From NCBI GenBank assembly GCA_965656885.1, contig CBFHME010000009.1:52931-116930 (forward strand): DNA of 64,000 nt, given 5' to 3'. Shown here one piece after another: positions 11,558-20,640 of the stretch. The first letter of the stretch is position 1. Each line of letters starts with the position of its first letter. Position numbers and translations under genes: made by a program. The stretch comes from Yoonia sp. Lineage in GTDB: Bacteria; Pseudomonadota; Alphaproteobacteria; Rhodobacterales; Rhodobacteraceae. The notes beneath the pieces were generated by a model. That model saw only the letters and a list, made by a program, of their open reading frames with translations. It was not told the origin of the DNA and did not search any database.

Positions 11558-11663
11558 AGTTTCATTTTTGGGGCTGGAAACTTGGTGAATGGCGCGACAT
11601 ACTGCACCAAATAACTGGGGAAGGTCGCTCGCGCGGCCTCAATAATAAAAAAGGGGCCTCGCA

Positions 11664-11897
11664 ATGGCGGCCGATAAAGCAAACCTTCAGGATTCATTCC
11701 TAAACCATGTCCGCAAAACCAAAGTGCCTGTCACAATTTTTCTTGTGAACGGTGTGAAATTGCAGGGCGTTATTACGTGGTTCGACAGCTTTTGTGTGCT
11801 GTTGCGTCGTGATGGACAGGCTCAGCTGGTGTATAAAAGCGCGATTTCGACAATCATGCCTGCACAACCGATCAGCCTTTATGAAGGCGAAGAATAA
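11664..11897 (+). CDS. hfq: RNA chaperone Hfq
   Basis: 77 aa. [59 protein letters not shown] is an unmistakable Sm1/Sm2 Hfq sequence. Confidence 0.97.
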   Translation: MAADKANLQDSFLNHVRKTKVPVTIFLVNGVKLQGVITWFDSFCVLLRRDGQAQLVYKSAISTIMPAQPISLYEGEE

Positions 11898-11899
11898 GT

Positions 11900-13174
11900 T
11901 TGCTTGAGCACGATCAGCCCACCACACGGGCTTGGGTGATCCATCCGGATTTGAAAACCGATCATACCCGCAGGGACGCTGGCCCTGCGCTTGAAGAAGC
12001 CGTGGCCTTGGCCGCCGCTTTGCCAAACCTTCAGGTGATCGGCGCCGACGTCGTGCGTTTGCCAAAAATCCACGCAGGCATGTTGCTGGGCAAGGGCAAG
12101 ATCGAAGAGTTACGCGTGCTGTTCCACGATAACGAGGTTGAGCTGGTCTTGATCGACGGGCCAGTCACGCCGGTGCAGCAACGCAACCTTGAAAAGGCTT
12201 GGGGCGTCAAATTGCTTGACCGCACTGGCCTGATTTTGGAAATCTTTAGCGACCGCGCCCGCACCGCCGAAGGTGTGCTTCAAGTCGAAATGGCCGCATT
12301 GTCATACCAACGCACGCGGTTGGTGCGGGCTTGGACCCACCTTGAACGCCAACGTGGTGGTTTGGGCTTTGTTGGTGGTCCGGGTGAAACCCAGATCGAG
12401 GCCGACAGACGGGCGATTGATGATCAGCTGAACCGCCTGCGTAAACAGATGGCCAAGGTCGTCAAAACCCGCGAACTACACCGCGCATCCCGCGCCAAGG
12501 TGCCGTTCCCGATTGTGGCGCTTGTCGGCTATACCAACGCCGGTAAATCCACGCTGTTCAACCGTTTGACGGGTGCAGAAGTGTTCGCCAAGGATATGTT
12601 GTTCGCCACGCTTGACCCAACAATGCGCAAAATCGAATTGCCATCGGGCGACGAAGTTATCATGTCGGACACAGTGGGGTTCATCAGTGACCTGCCAACC
12701 GAATTGGTTGCCGCATTCCGCGCCACATTGGAAGAAGTGCTGGACGCTGATCTGATCGTACATGTGCGCGACATCAGCCACGACCAGACAGAAGAACAAG
12801 CCGCCGATGTGATGACCATTCTGCGTACCCTTGGCATCCCCGAAGATGCGCCAATGGTCGAAGTGTGGAACAAAACAGACCTGCTTGACGATGACGCGCG
12901 CGACGCGGCCCAGACAGAGGCCGCGCGTAAGGATGATCTTTACGCGATTTCTGCCGTCACTGGCGCGGGAATGGATGATTTGCTTGGCTCGCTTGCTGAA
13001 CATCTCAAGGATCCTCGGCGCGAAGAGATGCTTGATTTATCGTTCGCCCAAGGACGCGAACGGGCGTGGCTGTTCGAACAGGGCATCGTGACAAACGAAG
13101 ACATGACCGACAGCGGCTATAACCTGACAGTGTTCTGGACACTTCTGCAAAAAGAACGCTTTACGCGGCTTTAG
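11900..13174 (+). CDS. hflX: GTPase HflX
   Basis: G1 GYTNAGKST, G3 DTVGF, G4 NKTD. It lies immediately downstream of hfq. The start is TTG at 11900, 3 nt after the hfq stop, so the exact start is uncertain. Confidence 0.92.
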   Translation: MLEHDQPTTRAWVIHPDLKTDHTRRDAGPALEEAVALAAALPNLQVIGADVVRLPKIHAGMLLGKGKIEELRVLFHDNEVELVLIDGPVTPVQQRNLEKAWGVKLLDRTGLILEIFSDRARTAEGVLQVEMAALSYQRTRLVRAWTHLERQRGGLGFVGGPGETQIEADRRAIDDQLNRLRKQMAKVVKTRELHRASRAKVPFPIVALVGYTNAGKSTLFNRLTGAEVFAKDMLFATLDPTMRKIELPSGDEVIMSDTVGFISDLPTELVAAFRATLEEVLDADLIVHVRDISHDQTEEQAADVMTILRTLGIPEDAPMVEVWNKTDLLDDDARDAAQTEAARKDDLYAISAVTGAGMDDLLGSLAEHLKDPRREEMLDLSFAQGRERAWLFEQGIVTNEDMTDSGYNLTVFWTLLQKERFTRL

Positions 13175-15636
13175 TTGGCGGCTGGCACAAGTTGGGTCAC
13201 GCCAACGGCAGCTGCACGCGCAAGATCAGGGTCAAGCGACATCGGGATATATTCGCCGCGCCGCCACAGCTCACCCAAGTTGTCATAATACCGCGACAAT
13301 GGATGGCCGGACTGCCCCGTGGCAGACACAAACACCGAACTGTCGGGATCGGCAAAGTCATACACCCCCCGATAGCCAGCCGAATGCACATTCTGATAGG
13401 GGTTCGGTCCCGTGCCTGATGTGCGCCCGCGTTGCAGCGTGTTGTCGCCACCGCTTGTTGATTGGCGAATGTTCACAAACCAGTTCAGAACGGGGGCAGT
13501 GCCAAGAACAGGGTGGTCATGCGTTGCTTGGTGCAAATCGCCCCAGCGCAATGACCCCACATAGCCTTCTGCGTTTTCACCGATCCATAATAATGCATCA
13601 TCCAGCGCAAGACGGGCAACGTCAGTGCAGGTTTCCACAGGGGCGGATTGCAAGACATCACACCAAACCGACGCCCCGTCGATGTCGCGAAAAACACGTT
13701 CGATAAACACAGGGTTCGGATGCGTGAATTCGGATGTCAGCGGTCCCATTTCGTCGCGGATCAAGCGGTCCTGCAAACTGCGCAACCACGCCGCATAAAG
13801 TAGAGGTTCGGGCAAATGCTCGTTCATCTCACCGTTCCACGCCGCAAGCAGCTCTAACGCTTGCTGGCGGCGACGTTCTGGCGTGCCATCTGCGGCGGCT
13901 TCGCCTGTGAACCACAAATCAGCGCCAATCAGCGGCAGCAGCGACCGCGCGGTGAAACTGACCGTATCAAGCTGCGCCTCGATAAAGCTTTCGCGGGTGT
14001 GGACTGCGCGGCTTTGCATCAGACGCGTCCAGCGGTTGATGCGCTGCGTATCGCCCCATTCATAGGACACGTGATCGGGAAAAGGACGATCGATGGTTTT
14101 GTTGTTGGTATTGCCAAGGATCCCGCCGGTAGGGTTCACAAACTCAGGGTTATCAGCATAAGGCAGGCGCCCCTTCCACCGGTTTTCGGGCAGATAGCCA
14201 AAACTGGGCAATCGTCCTTTGCTTTGATGCGCAAGATCACGCGCAGGAAATGCGCCAATTACCTTCATCGCAATCTGATTTCGGTCGGCAAGCGTCAGGT
14301 TTTGCGCAGGTGCGATATAGCCTTCAGCCACTTGAATGGCGTCTTGCACCGTTTTTGTGCCCACAATCGACAGGGCCGCTGACATGGATGTGTCTTTGTC
14401 GGACAGGGCGGTCCAACCAATCGCGGCCACATGCCCCGCTGGCGTGATCCCGCGCAGGTCATATTGGTCGGCAGGCATGATCGGGCCATTCGCGCTCCAC
14501 CGCAGTTTTAGGGTCTGCGCGGGTGCGTCCTTGATCTGGATGATACTGTCGCGACTGCGAAACGGAACCCAGCCGTTGATGCTGCGGTATTCTTCTGGGT
14601 TTTCGGGGTTCAATTCTTCGAGGAAAACATCTTGGTCGTCCAGATAGCTGCTGGTCAAACCCCATCCCAGATCGGCGCTACGTCCGGTTAAAACAACAGG
14701 CATCCCGGGGATCGTGCCGCCGATCACGCCGCCAGATTCCAACTCAAGCCGCGCAAGATACCAGATCGACGGTGCTGTCAGGCCCAAATGCGGATCGTTG
14801 GCCAGCAAGGTCGCACCAGCGGCAGAACGGTCAATTGCCGCCGCCCATGCATTGGATGCACCAGCAAGTTCGGGTGCTTTGGACGGGTTCAGTGGGCCGT
14901 AAGCAAGGCGACTATTTGGCATATAGCGCGGCAACCCCGGCACAAGTTGCGCATAGTCGGGCAGGGCGGCAATTCCCGCTGTTGGGTCATCAGGTAGCAA
15001 ATCAACAAGCCGCTCTGCGGGCAACATTAGTGACGTGCGCGCGCGCAGCACCTCTCGTTCCAAATGGGACGACAGCTGTAATGCCATGACCTTTAAGATC
15101 GCCAAACTATCAGCAGGCTGCCAAGGGGCAACTGCGTGGTTGAACAGCCACATTTCTGGTGCACCACGACCACGCGCGCCTGCGTTCACCTCTGCCAACC
15201 ACGCGTTCACGCCTGCGGCATAGGCTTCTAGTGCGATCGTGGTTTGTGCGTCCTGTGCATCAACAGACGCCACCGCAAGGGTGTATAGATCAAAGCGGCG
15301 CAGCACCTTATCAATGGCCAGCGTCCGCGTTCCAAAAAGCTCTGACAGGCGTCCCTGTGCTGTGCGGCGCAGCATGGTCATTTGCCACAGACGGTCTTGG
15401 GCATGAGCAAAGCCAAGCGCGAAATAGACATCCGCATCGCTTTCGCCAAAGATGTGGGGGACATTTGCGTTGTCGCGCACAATTTCGACAGGGGCATTCA
15501 GACCAAGGGCCGCTGCTTCCATGTTGTAATCAGGCAATGACCGCGACGCGAAATAATACGCAAGCGCAAACACACCAATCACCAACGCGATCATCACCGT
15601 GACCAACCGAAACAGCCAGCGGAATATGAGTGCCAT
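13171..15636 (-). CDS. penicillin acylase family (Ntn hydrolase) protein, membrane-anchored; possible acyl-homoserine-lactone / N-acyl amide acylase
   Basis: 821 aa. The N-terminal hydrophobic anchor is MALIFRWLFRLVTVMIALVIGVFALAYYF. The internal sequence ELAGASNAWAAA matches the autoproteolytic Gly-Ser-Asn-x-Trp nucleophile context of penicillin G / AHL acylases. Confidence 0.85.
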   Translation of the reverse strand: MALIFRWLFRLVTVMIALVIGVFALAYYFASRSLPDYNMEAAALGLNAPVEIVRDNANVPHIFGESDADVYFALGFAHAQDRLWQMTMLRRTAQGRLSELFGTRTLAIDKVLRRFDLYTLAVASVDAQDAQTTIALEAYAAGVNAWLAEVNAGARGRGAPEMWLFNHAVAPWQPADSLAILKVMALQLSSHLEREVLRARTSLMLPAERLVDLLPDDPTAGIAALPDYAQLVPGLPRYMPNSRLAYGPLNPSKAPELAGASNAWAAAIDRSAAGATLLANDPHLGLTAPSIWYLARLELESGGVIGGTIPGMPVVLTGRSADLGWGLTSSYLDDQDVFLEELNPENPEEYRSINGWVPFRSRDSIIQIKDAPAQTLKLRWSANGPIMPADQYDLRGITPAGHVAAIGWTALSDKDTSMSAALSIVGTKTVQDAIQVAEGYIAPAQNLTLADRNQIAMKVIGAFPARDLAHQSKGRLPSFGYLPENRWKGRLPYADNPEFVNPTGGILGNTNNKTIDRPFPDHVSYEWGDTQRINRWTRLMQSRAVHTRESFIEAQLDTVSFTARSLLPLIGADLWFTGEAAADGTPERRRQQALELLAAWNGEMNEHLPEPLLYAAWLRSLQDRLIRDEMGPLTSEFTHPNPVFIERVFRDIDGASVWCDVLQSAPVETCTDVARLALDDALLWIGENAEGYVGSLRWGDLHQATHDHPVLGTAPVLNWFVNIRQSTSGGDNTLQRGRTSGTGPNPYQNVHSAGYRGVYDFADPDSSVFVSATGQSGHPLSRYYDNLGELWRRGEYIPMSLDPDLARAAAVGVTQLVPAAN

Positions 15637-15696
15637 GTTGGTCGTCCTTTAGATTTCGGTGCTGTCCCAGTGTTTAGCGGTTTGCGCCAAAGTCTT

Positions 15697-16311
15697 CTAG
15701 CGTATTCGCGCCAAAGCCGCATCAACCGCCATCTGAGGGGTTGAAAGCACGGGCAGGCCAACATCGCCTAAATAATCTGCCGCCCCAGCCATTGATGCTT
15801 GCGCAAGGATCACAGCGTCAAAAGGCCTGGATCGCAACACATCGCGCACATCATTCGCTATCGTTTCGTAAAATGCGGGCATATCACCCGCTTCGAAATG
15901 CGCCCATGCATCTTTGCACAGTAGGGTCTGCGCACGCTCGTCGCCGCCACAATCAGTCAGCAATGCTTCAGACGGCGCGATCGTGCTTTGCAAACACACC
16001 ACCATCAAAATGTGCGGCCCGATAGATAGAGCGCGTTCAAACGCTGGCCGGTCAATCCGCAACACATCAGGCGCGTCCATCTCGTCGACCAATGGGCCCA
16101 AGGTGGAACATGTGCAAACAACCACATCCGCCTGTTGAAGATGCGCAACTGCGTAGCGTGCGTCTTGACGCACGGCCCCGACACCATCGGCCTGCGCACG
16201 GGCCAATAGATTTTCGTCAACACGGTGCACCGTGTCTACGCCTGACCCGGCCAACAACGCGTCAAATGTCGCCACGTGCACCTGTGCTGTATGCAGAAAC
16301 CCGATCTTCAC
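15697..16311 (-). CDS. Asp/Glu/hydantoin racemase superfamily protein (function unknown)
   Basis: 204 aa. VVVCTCSTLGP resembles racemase motif 1. The second motif position reads ILAQASMAG and has no Cys. It forms an ATGA overlap with the livM-like stop at 16308-16311. Confidence 0.5.
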   Translation of the reverse strand: MKIGFLHTAQVHVATFDALLAGSGVDTVHRVDENLLARAQADGVGAVRQDARYAVAHLQQADVVVCTCSTLGPLVDEMDAPDVLRIDRPAFERALSIGPHILMVVCLQSTIAPSEALLTDCGGDERAQTLLCKDAWAHFEAGDMPAFYETIANDVRDVLRSRPFDAVILAQASMAGAADYLGDVGLPVLSTPQMAVDAALARIR

Positions 16312-17660
16312 CGCTCGGGCATCAACCCACGCGGACTGAACCTAAGTACAAGCAGCAACACGAGCCCCATTGTGAACAGGCGGAAATGCGCTGCGGCATC
16401 TTCCATGCGAATGCGGAACCAGTGATCTTCGGCAAACCCCGATGTCGTGACGTCCGCGATCCAAAGGCCAAGCGGTTCAACCATCACCCAAAGCCACCAG
16501 ATCAGGAAACCGCCCAAGACAGCACCAAAGTTATTGCCCGACCCACCGACAATGACCATCACCCAAATCAGAAACGTAAAGCGCAACGGCTGATAGGCGG
16601 TCGGCGTCAGCTGGCTATCCAGCGTGGTCATCATCGCACCTGCGATCCCGCAAATCGCGGAGCCCAGAATGAAAATTTGCAAATGGCGCGCGGTCACGTT
16701 TTTACCCATCGCCTCGGCTGCCACTTCGTTGTCGCGGATGGCCCGCATCATACGGCCCCACGGGCTGTTGAGTGCGCGTTGCGCCAACCACAACAGGGCC
16801 ACCAAGAATACAGTGAACAACAAAGCATACCCGATTTTGGTATACAGCGTTGACGCCGCCGTTGGATCAAGTCCCCAAGACGCCGCACGCTCGATAAAGC
16901 CGGGGTCGTTCTGCAAGTCGATTTCATAGGGCACAGGGCGGGGCAGGCCGTTTACGTTTTTCACACCACGCGACAACCAATCCTCGTTCTTCATTACGGC
17001 GATGATAATCTCCGCAATACCAAGCGTCGCAATCGCCAGATAATCCGACCGCAACCCAAGCGCGGTTTTGCCGATGATCCACGCGGCACCAGCGGCCAGC
17101 AAACCACCGACAGGCCATGCAACAACTGTTAGCCAACCGTAGTCTTTGTAGTTTTCGCCGCCCCAGTTCAGACCGCCAAGGTAACCAGTGGCTGCCGGAT
17201 CAATCGCCTCTACCCCCGCAACACCGCCGTCAAATACAGCGCGAAATGCGAAAAAGCCAAGAACCACAAGCGCAAGCGTCATGAACGTGCGCAACCGCCC
17301 CTTGGGGAGCCACGCATACATCATCACGGCCCCGACAATCGTAGCAGCGCCAAGAACAAGTCCAGCCACAATCTGGAAACCGCCTGCGGACCACGCACCA
17401 GGGGTCGTCGGCATGGAAATCAGCACAGTCGCCAGTCCACCTAGTGCGACAAAGCCCATGATGCCGATGTTAAACAGACCCGCGAAACCCCATTGCAGGT
17501 TCACGCCCAAGGCCATGATTGCGCCAATCAGCGCAAAGTTGAGCATCTTTAACGCGGAATCCCATGAGCCGGAGAAAATCCAGAACGTCGTTGACCCTTC
17601 CAGAATATACAGGGCCGCCACCCCAAGAACGAGGAATGTGTTACGCAATGAAATGGTCAT
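16308..17660 (-). CDS. livM: branched-chain/hydrophobic amino acid ABC transporter permease (LivM type)
   Basis: 450-aa polytopic membrane protein of LivM type. It overlaps the livH-type gene by 4 nt. Confidence 0.85.
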   Translation of the reverse strand: MTISLRNTFLVLGVAALYILEGSTTFWIFSGSWDSALKMLNFALIGAIMALGVNLQWGFAGLFNIGIMGFVALGGLATVLISMPTTPGAWSAGGFQIVAGLVLGAATIVGAVMMYAWLPKGRLRTFMTLALVVLGFFAFRAVFDGGVAGVEAIDPAATGYLGGLNWGGENYKDYGWLTVVAWPVGGLLAAGAAWIIGKTALGLRSDYLAIATLGIAEIIIAVMKNEDWLSRGVKNVNGLPRPVPYEIDLQNDPGFIERAASWGLDPTAASTLYTKIGYALLFTVFLVALLWLAQRALNSPWGRMMRAIRDNEVAAEAMGKNVTARHLQIFILGSAICGIAGAMMTTLDSQLTPTAYQPLRFTFLIWVMVIVGGSGNNFGAVLGGFLIWWLWVMVEPLGLWIADVTTSGFAEDHWFRIRMEDAAAHFRLFTMGLVLLLVLRFSPRGLMPER

Positions 17661-18667
17661 ACGGATTGCCCCTTAAACAGGCCGGTCGGTTTGAACAGCA
17701 GCACGATAATCAAAATACCAAAGCTGACAGCGAATTTATAATCAGTCGACAAAAGCTGCACGAGACCCGATGGCTCAAGGCTTTCTGGCATCAGGTAAAC
17801 CAGCACTTTCTTGAACGCATAAGTGATGGTGACTTCGGAAAACGCGATGACAAACCCGCCCGCAATCGCACCAAGCGGGTTGCCCAATCCGCCAACAATC
17901 GCACTGGCGAAAATGGGCAGCAGCAGTTGGAAGTAAGTAAACGCCTTGAACGACTTGTCCAAACCGTAAAGCACACCAGCAGTGGTCGCCAATGCGGCCA
18001 CGATCATCCACGTCACCATGACAACACGTTCAGGGTTGATCCCCGACAATAACGCCAAATCTTCGTTGTCTGAAAATGCACGCATGGATTTGCCAGTGCG
18101 GGTTTTGTTCAAGAACCAGAATAAAATCGCCACCACAATAATCGCCACCACAACGGTCATCCCTTGGGTGGTTTTAATGGCAAGCCCTTCTTTCAGACCC
18201 GTCATCTCTTTGAAATCCCGTGCTGAGATGATGAAACGCTCACCATCTGCAAACCGGATATCACGCACACCGATGATAAACCGGACAACACCGTTCATAA
18301 TGAACATCACACCCATCGACACGATCACAAGGATCACCGGAGCTGCCTTTTGTTTGCGGTAAAACCGGTAGACAAAGCGGTCGGTCAACAACACCAATAT
18401 GCACGTGGCCGCGATGCCAAAGGGCAGGGCGAGCAATGCAGTTGGAAGGGGCCCAAACGTGATCCCCATCGACAGCAGTAGCGTTGTGAACAAAATGGTC
18501 ATGGCCGTGCCAAATGCCATCGTGTCACCGTGGGCAAAGTTCGAGAACCGCAAAATACCGTAGATCAGCGTGACACCCAACGCCCCAAGAGCCAACTGGG
18601 CACCGTAGGCCATGCCAGGCACCAAGACGAAATTGGAAAATGCTACAATGGCGTTTAGAAAATCCAT
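17657..18667 (-). CDS. livH: branched-chain/hydrophobic amino acid ABC transporter permease (LivH type)
   Basis: 336-aa polytopic membrane protein with LivH-like sequence (FSNFAHGDTMAFG..., GGLGNPLGAIAGG). Confidence 0.85.
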   Translation of the reverse strand: MDFLNAIVAFSNFVLVPGMAYGAQLALGALGVTLIYGILRFSNFAHGDTMAFGTAMTILFTTLLLSMGITFGPLPTALLALPFGIAATCILVLLTDRFVYRFYRKQKAAPVILVIVSMGVMFIMNGVVRFIIGVRDIRFADGERFIISARDFKEMTGLKEGLAIKTTQGMTVVVAIIVVAILFWFLNKTRTGKSMRAFSDNEDLALLSGINPERVVMVTWMIVAALATTAGVLYGLDKSFKAFTYFQLLLPIFASAIVGGLGNPLGAIAGGFVIAFSEVTITYAFKKVLVYLMPESLEPSGLVQLLSTDYKFAVSFGILIIVLLFKPTGLFKGQSV

Positions 18668-19011
18668 TATTGGTCCTCACAAGTGCCGGTCAGCTTTTCG
18701 CCAGACCGTGCATTGGAATAGATGGCGGACCCGTCTGGGTTCACCACGAACATAACTGACGTGCCACCCAAACCATCGGCGTGAAACCCGCGCAGGTTGC
18801 CGATGATAAAAGGCTCCGCCGGATACCGCTGCGATCCACGCTGCACATGGGTGACCTTGCGACGGATCGGCTCTTCGGCGCTGACTGCATCCATAAACTG
18901 ATTGCGATCAATCGCGAACGATAGCGATGTGCCATCATCCATCTGACAAGCCAGAAAATCAGCCGCGGCAGGCGCGGCAAGACAACAAGAAAGAACGGCC
19001 ATCCTGATCAT
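18667..19011 (-). CDS. small secreted protein of unknown function embedded in the ABC operon
   Basis: 114 aa. The signal peptide is MIRMAVLSCCLAAPAAA-DF. It forms an ATGA overlap with the livF stop (19008-19011) and a TAATG overlap with the livH start (18665-18669), which supports real translation. Confidence 0.55.
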   Translation of the reverse strand: MIRMAVLSCCLAAPAAADFLACQMDDGTSLSFAIDRNQFMDAVSAEEPIRRKVTHVQRGSQRYPAEPFIIGNLRGFHADGLGGTSVMFVVNPDGSAIYSNARSGEKLTGTCEDQ

Positions 19012-19721
19012 CCGCCCAAGAAGCTGCGGCGGACTTCATCATCCGCAAGCAATTCTTTGCCCGTGCCCGTGTGGGCATTACGACCTTGCACCAGAACATA
19101 GGCTTTGTCCGCAATTTCAAGGGCTTGTCTGGCGTTTTGTTCCACCATTAAGATGGGGATACCTGTGCGCGATACCTCGATAATGCGATCAAACAACTCG
19201 TCCATCACGATGGGTGATACACCCGCGGTGGGTTCATCAAGCATCAGAACCTTCGGCTGGGTCATCAACGCGCGCCCGACGGCCACTTGCTGGCGCTGAC
19301 CACCAGACAATTCACCGGCCGCCTGGTTACGTTTGTCCTTCAAGATCGGGAACAGATCGTAAATTTGCGTCATCGTATCCGCATAATCATCGGTGCGAAT
19401 AAACGCGCCCATTTCTAGGTTTTCTTCTACAGTCATCGACGTAAAGATGTTGGACGTCTGGGGCACAAAACCCATGCCCTTCACAACCCGTTCTTGCGGG
19501 GTCAGGTGGGTGATATCTTCACCATCCAGTCGGACCGATCCGCTATGCACATTCAACATGCCAAACACCGCCTTCATGGCTGTGGATTTACCCGCACCAT
19601 TTGGGCCAACGATCACGGCAATTTCGCCCTTCTCGGCGGACACAGTGCATCCGTGCAAGATATCAGGACCCTTGCCATAACCGCCCGTCATGGCGTCACC
19701 GATCAAGAATGGTTCAGACAT
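19008..19721 (-). CDS. livF: ABC transporter ATP-binding protein (LivF type)
   Basis: Walker A GPNGAGKST, signature LSGGQRQQVAV, Walker B LMLDEP. Confidence 0.9.
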   Translation of the reverse strand: MSEPFLIGDAMTGGYGKGPDILHGCTVSAEKGEIAVIVGPNGAGKSTAMKAVFGMLNVHSGSVRLDGEDITHLTPQERVVKGMGFVPQTSNIFTSMTVEENLEMGAFIRTDDYADTMTQIYDLFPILKDKRNQAAGELSGGQRQQVAVGRALMTQPKVLMLDEPTAGVSPIVMDELFDRIIEVSRTGIPILMVEQNARQALEIADKAYVLVQGRNAHTGTGKELLADDEVRRSFLGG

Positions 19722-19763
19722 TGGCCTGTCTCGCTTTTTCTAAAATACTCAAAATCTGTCCCA

Positions 19764-20549
19764 TCAGGCGGTCGCTAGCTGATCTTTGTTTTTCAGACCC
19801 GTGCCAAGATAGGCTTCGATCACCTGCTCATTGGCTTTGATCTCGGCCAATGTGCCCTCGGCCAGCACCTTGCCCTCAGCCATGCAAATGACGGGGTCGC
19901 AAAGGCGGCCGATGAAGTCCATGTCGTGTTCAATCACAACAAATGTATAGCCGCGTTCTTTGTTCAGACGAATGATGGCGTCACCGATTGTATTGAGCAG
20001 AGTGCGGTTCACGCCCGCACCAACCTCGTCCAAAAACACGATCTTGGCGTCAACCATCATTGTGCGGCCCAGCTCCAACAGCTTTTTCTGTCCGCCCGAC
20101 AGGTTGCCTGCCTTTTCATCCTTTAGATGGTCAATTGTCAGGAATTCGAGCACCTCGTCGGCTTTCGCCAGTAGGGCGCGTTCTTCATCCGCGATCCGTT
20201 TGCGGCCAAACCAAGCGTTCCACAGCGTTTCACCTGATTGGGCACCGGGCACCATCATCAGGTTTTCGCGAACTGTCATGGTGGAAAATTCATGGGCAAT
20301 CTGAAACGTGCGCAGCAGTCCCTTATGAAACAGCTGATGCGGCGGCAGGCCCGTGATGTCTTGCCCGTGCATGGTGACACGGCCAGCAGTTGGTTCAAGA
20401 ACACCCGCAATCACATTGAAAAGCGTGGTTTTTCCCGCACCATTCGGGCCAATGAGACCCGTGATTGTGCCTTCTTCAATGCGCAATGACGCACCATCCA
20501 CAGCATGAAAACCACCAAAGGTCTTCACCAGATTTTCAACAACAATCAT
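19764..20549 (-). CDS. livG: ABC transporter ATP-binding protein (LivG type)
   Basis: Walker A GPNGAGKTT, signature LSGGQKKLLEL, Walker B VFLDEV. The start is taken at ATG 20549 (MIVVENL...), which is preceded by a GGGGGAAAG Shine-Dalgarno sequence. Confidence 0.9.
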   Translation of the reverse strand: MIVVENLVKTFGGFHAVDGASLRIEEGTITGLIGPNGAGKTTLFNVIAGVLEPTAGRVTMHGQDITGLPPHQLFHKGLLRTFQIAHEFSTMTVRENLMMVPGAQSGETLWNAWFGRKRIADEERALLAKADEVLEFLTIDHLKDEKAGNLSGGQKKLLELGRTMMVDAKIVFLDEVGAGVNRTLLNTIGDAIIRLNKERGYTFVVIEHDMDFIGRLCDPVICMAEGKVLAEGTLAEIKANEQVIEAYLGTGLKNKDQLATA

Positions 20550-20595
20550 GTCTTTCCCCCGAAAGCACATTCAATATGTGCTGTAACTTGTTGAA

Positions 20596-20620
20596 ATGGC
20601 GCGAGGAAACCCCGCGCCAT
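20596..20620 (-). other. intercistronic hairpin between the binding-protein gene and livG
   Basis: ATGGCGCG (20596-20603) and CGCGCCAT (20613-20620) form a perfect 8-bp GC-rich stem with a 9-nt loop. The position is typical of mRNA-stabilising or attenuating hairpins after ABC binding-protein genes. Confidence 0.55.
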
Positions 20621-20640
20621 TCCGCATTCAACCAATCAAC

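Noticed and set aside
11590-11606. TGGCGC-N5-ACTGCA upstream of hfq
   Set aside because: The GG-to-GC spacing is one nucleotide too long for a -24/-12 promoter, so I treat it as a chance resemblance.
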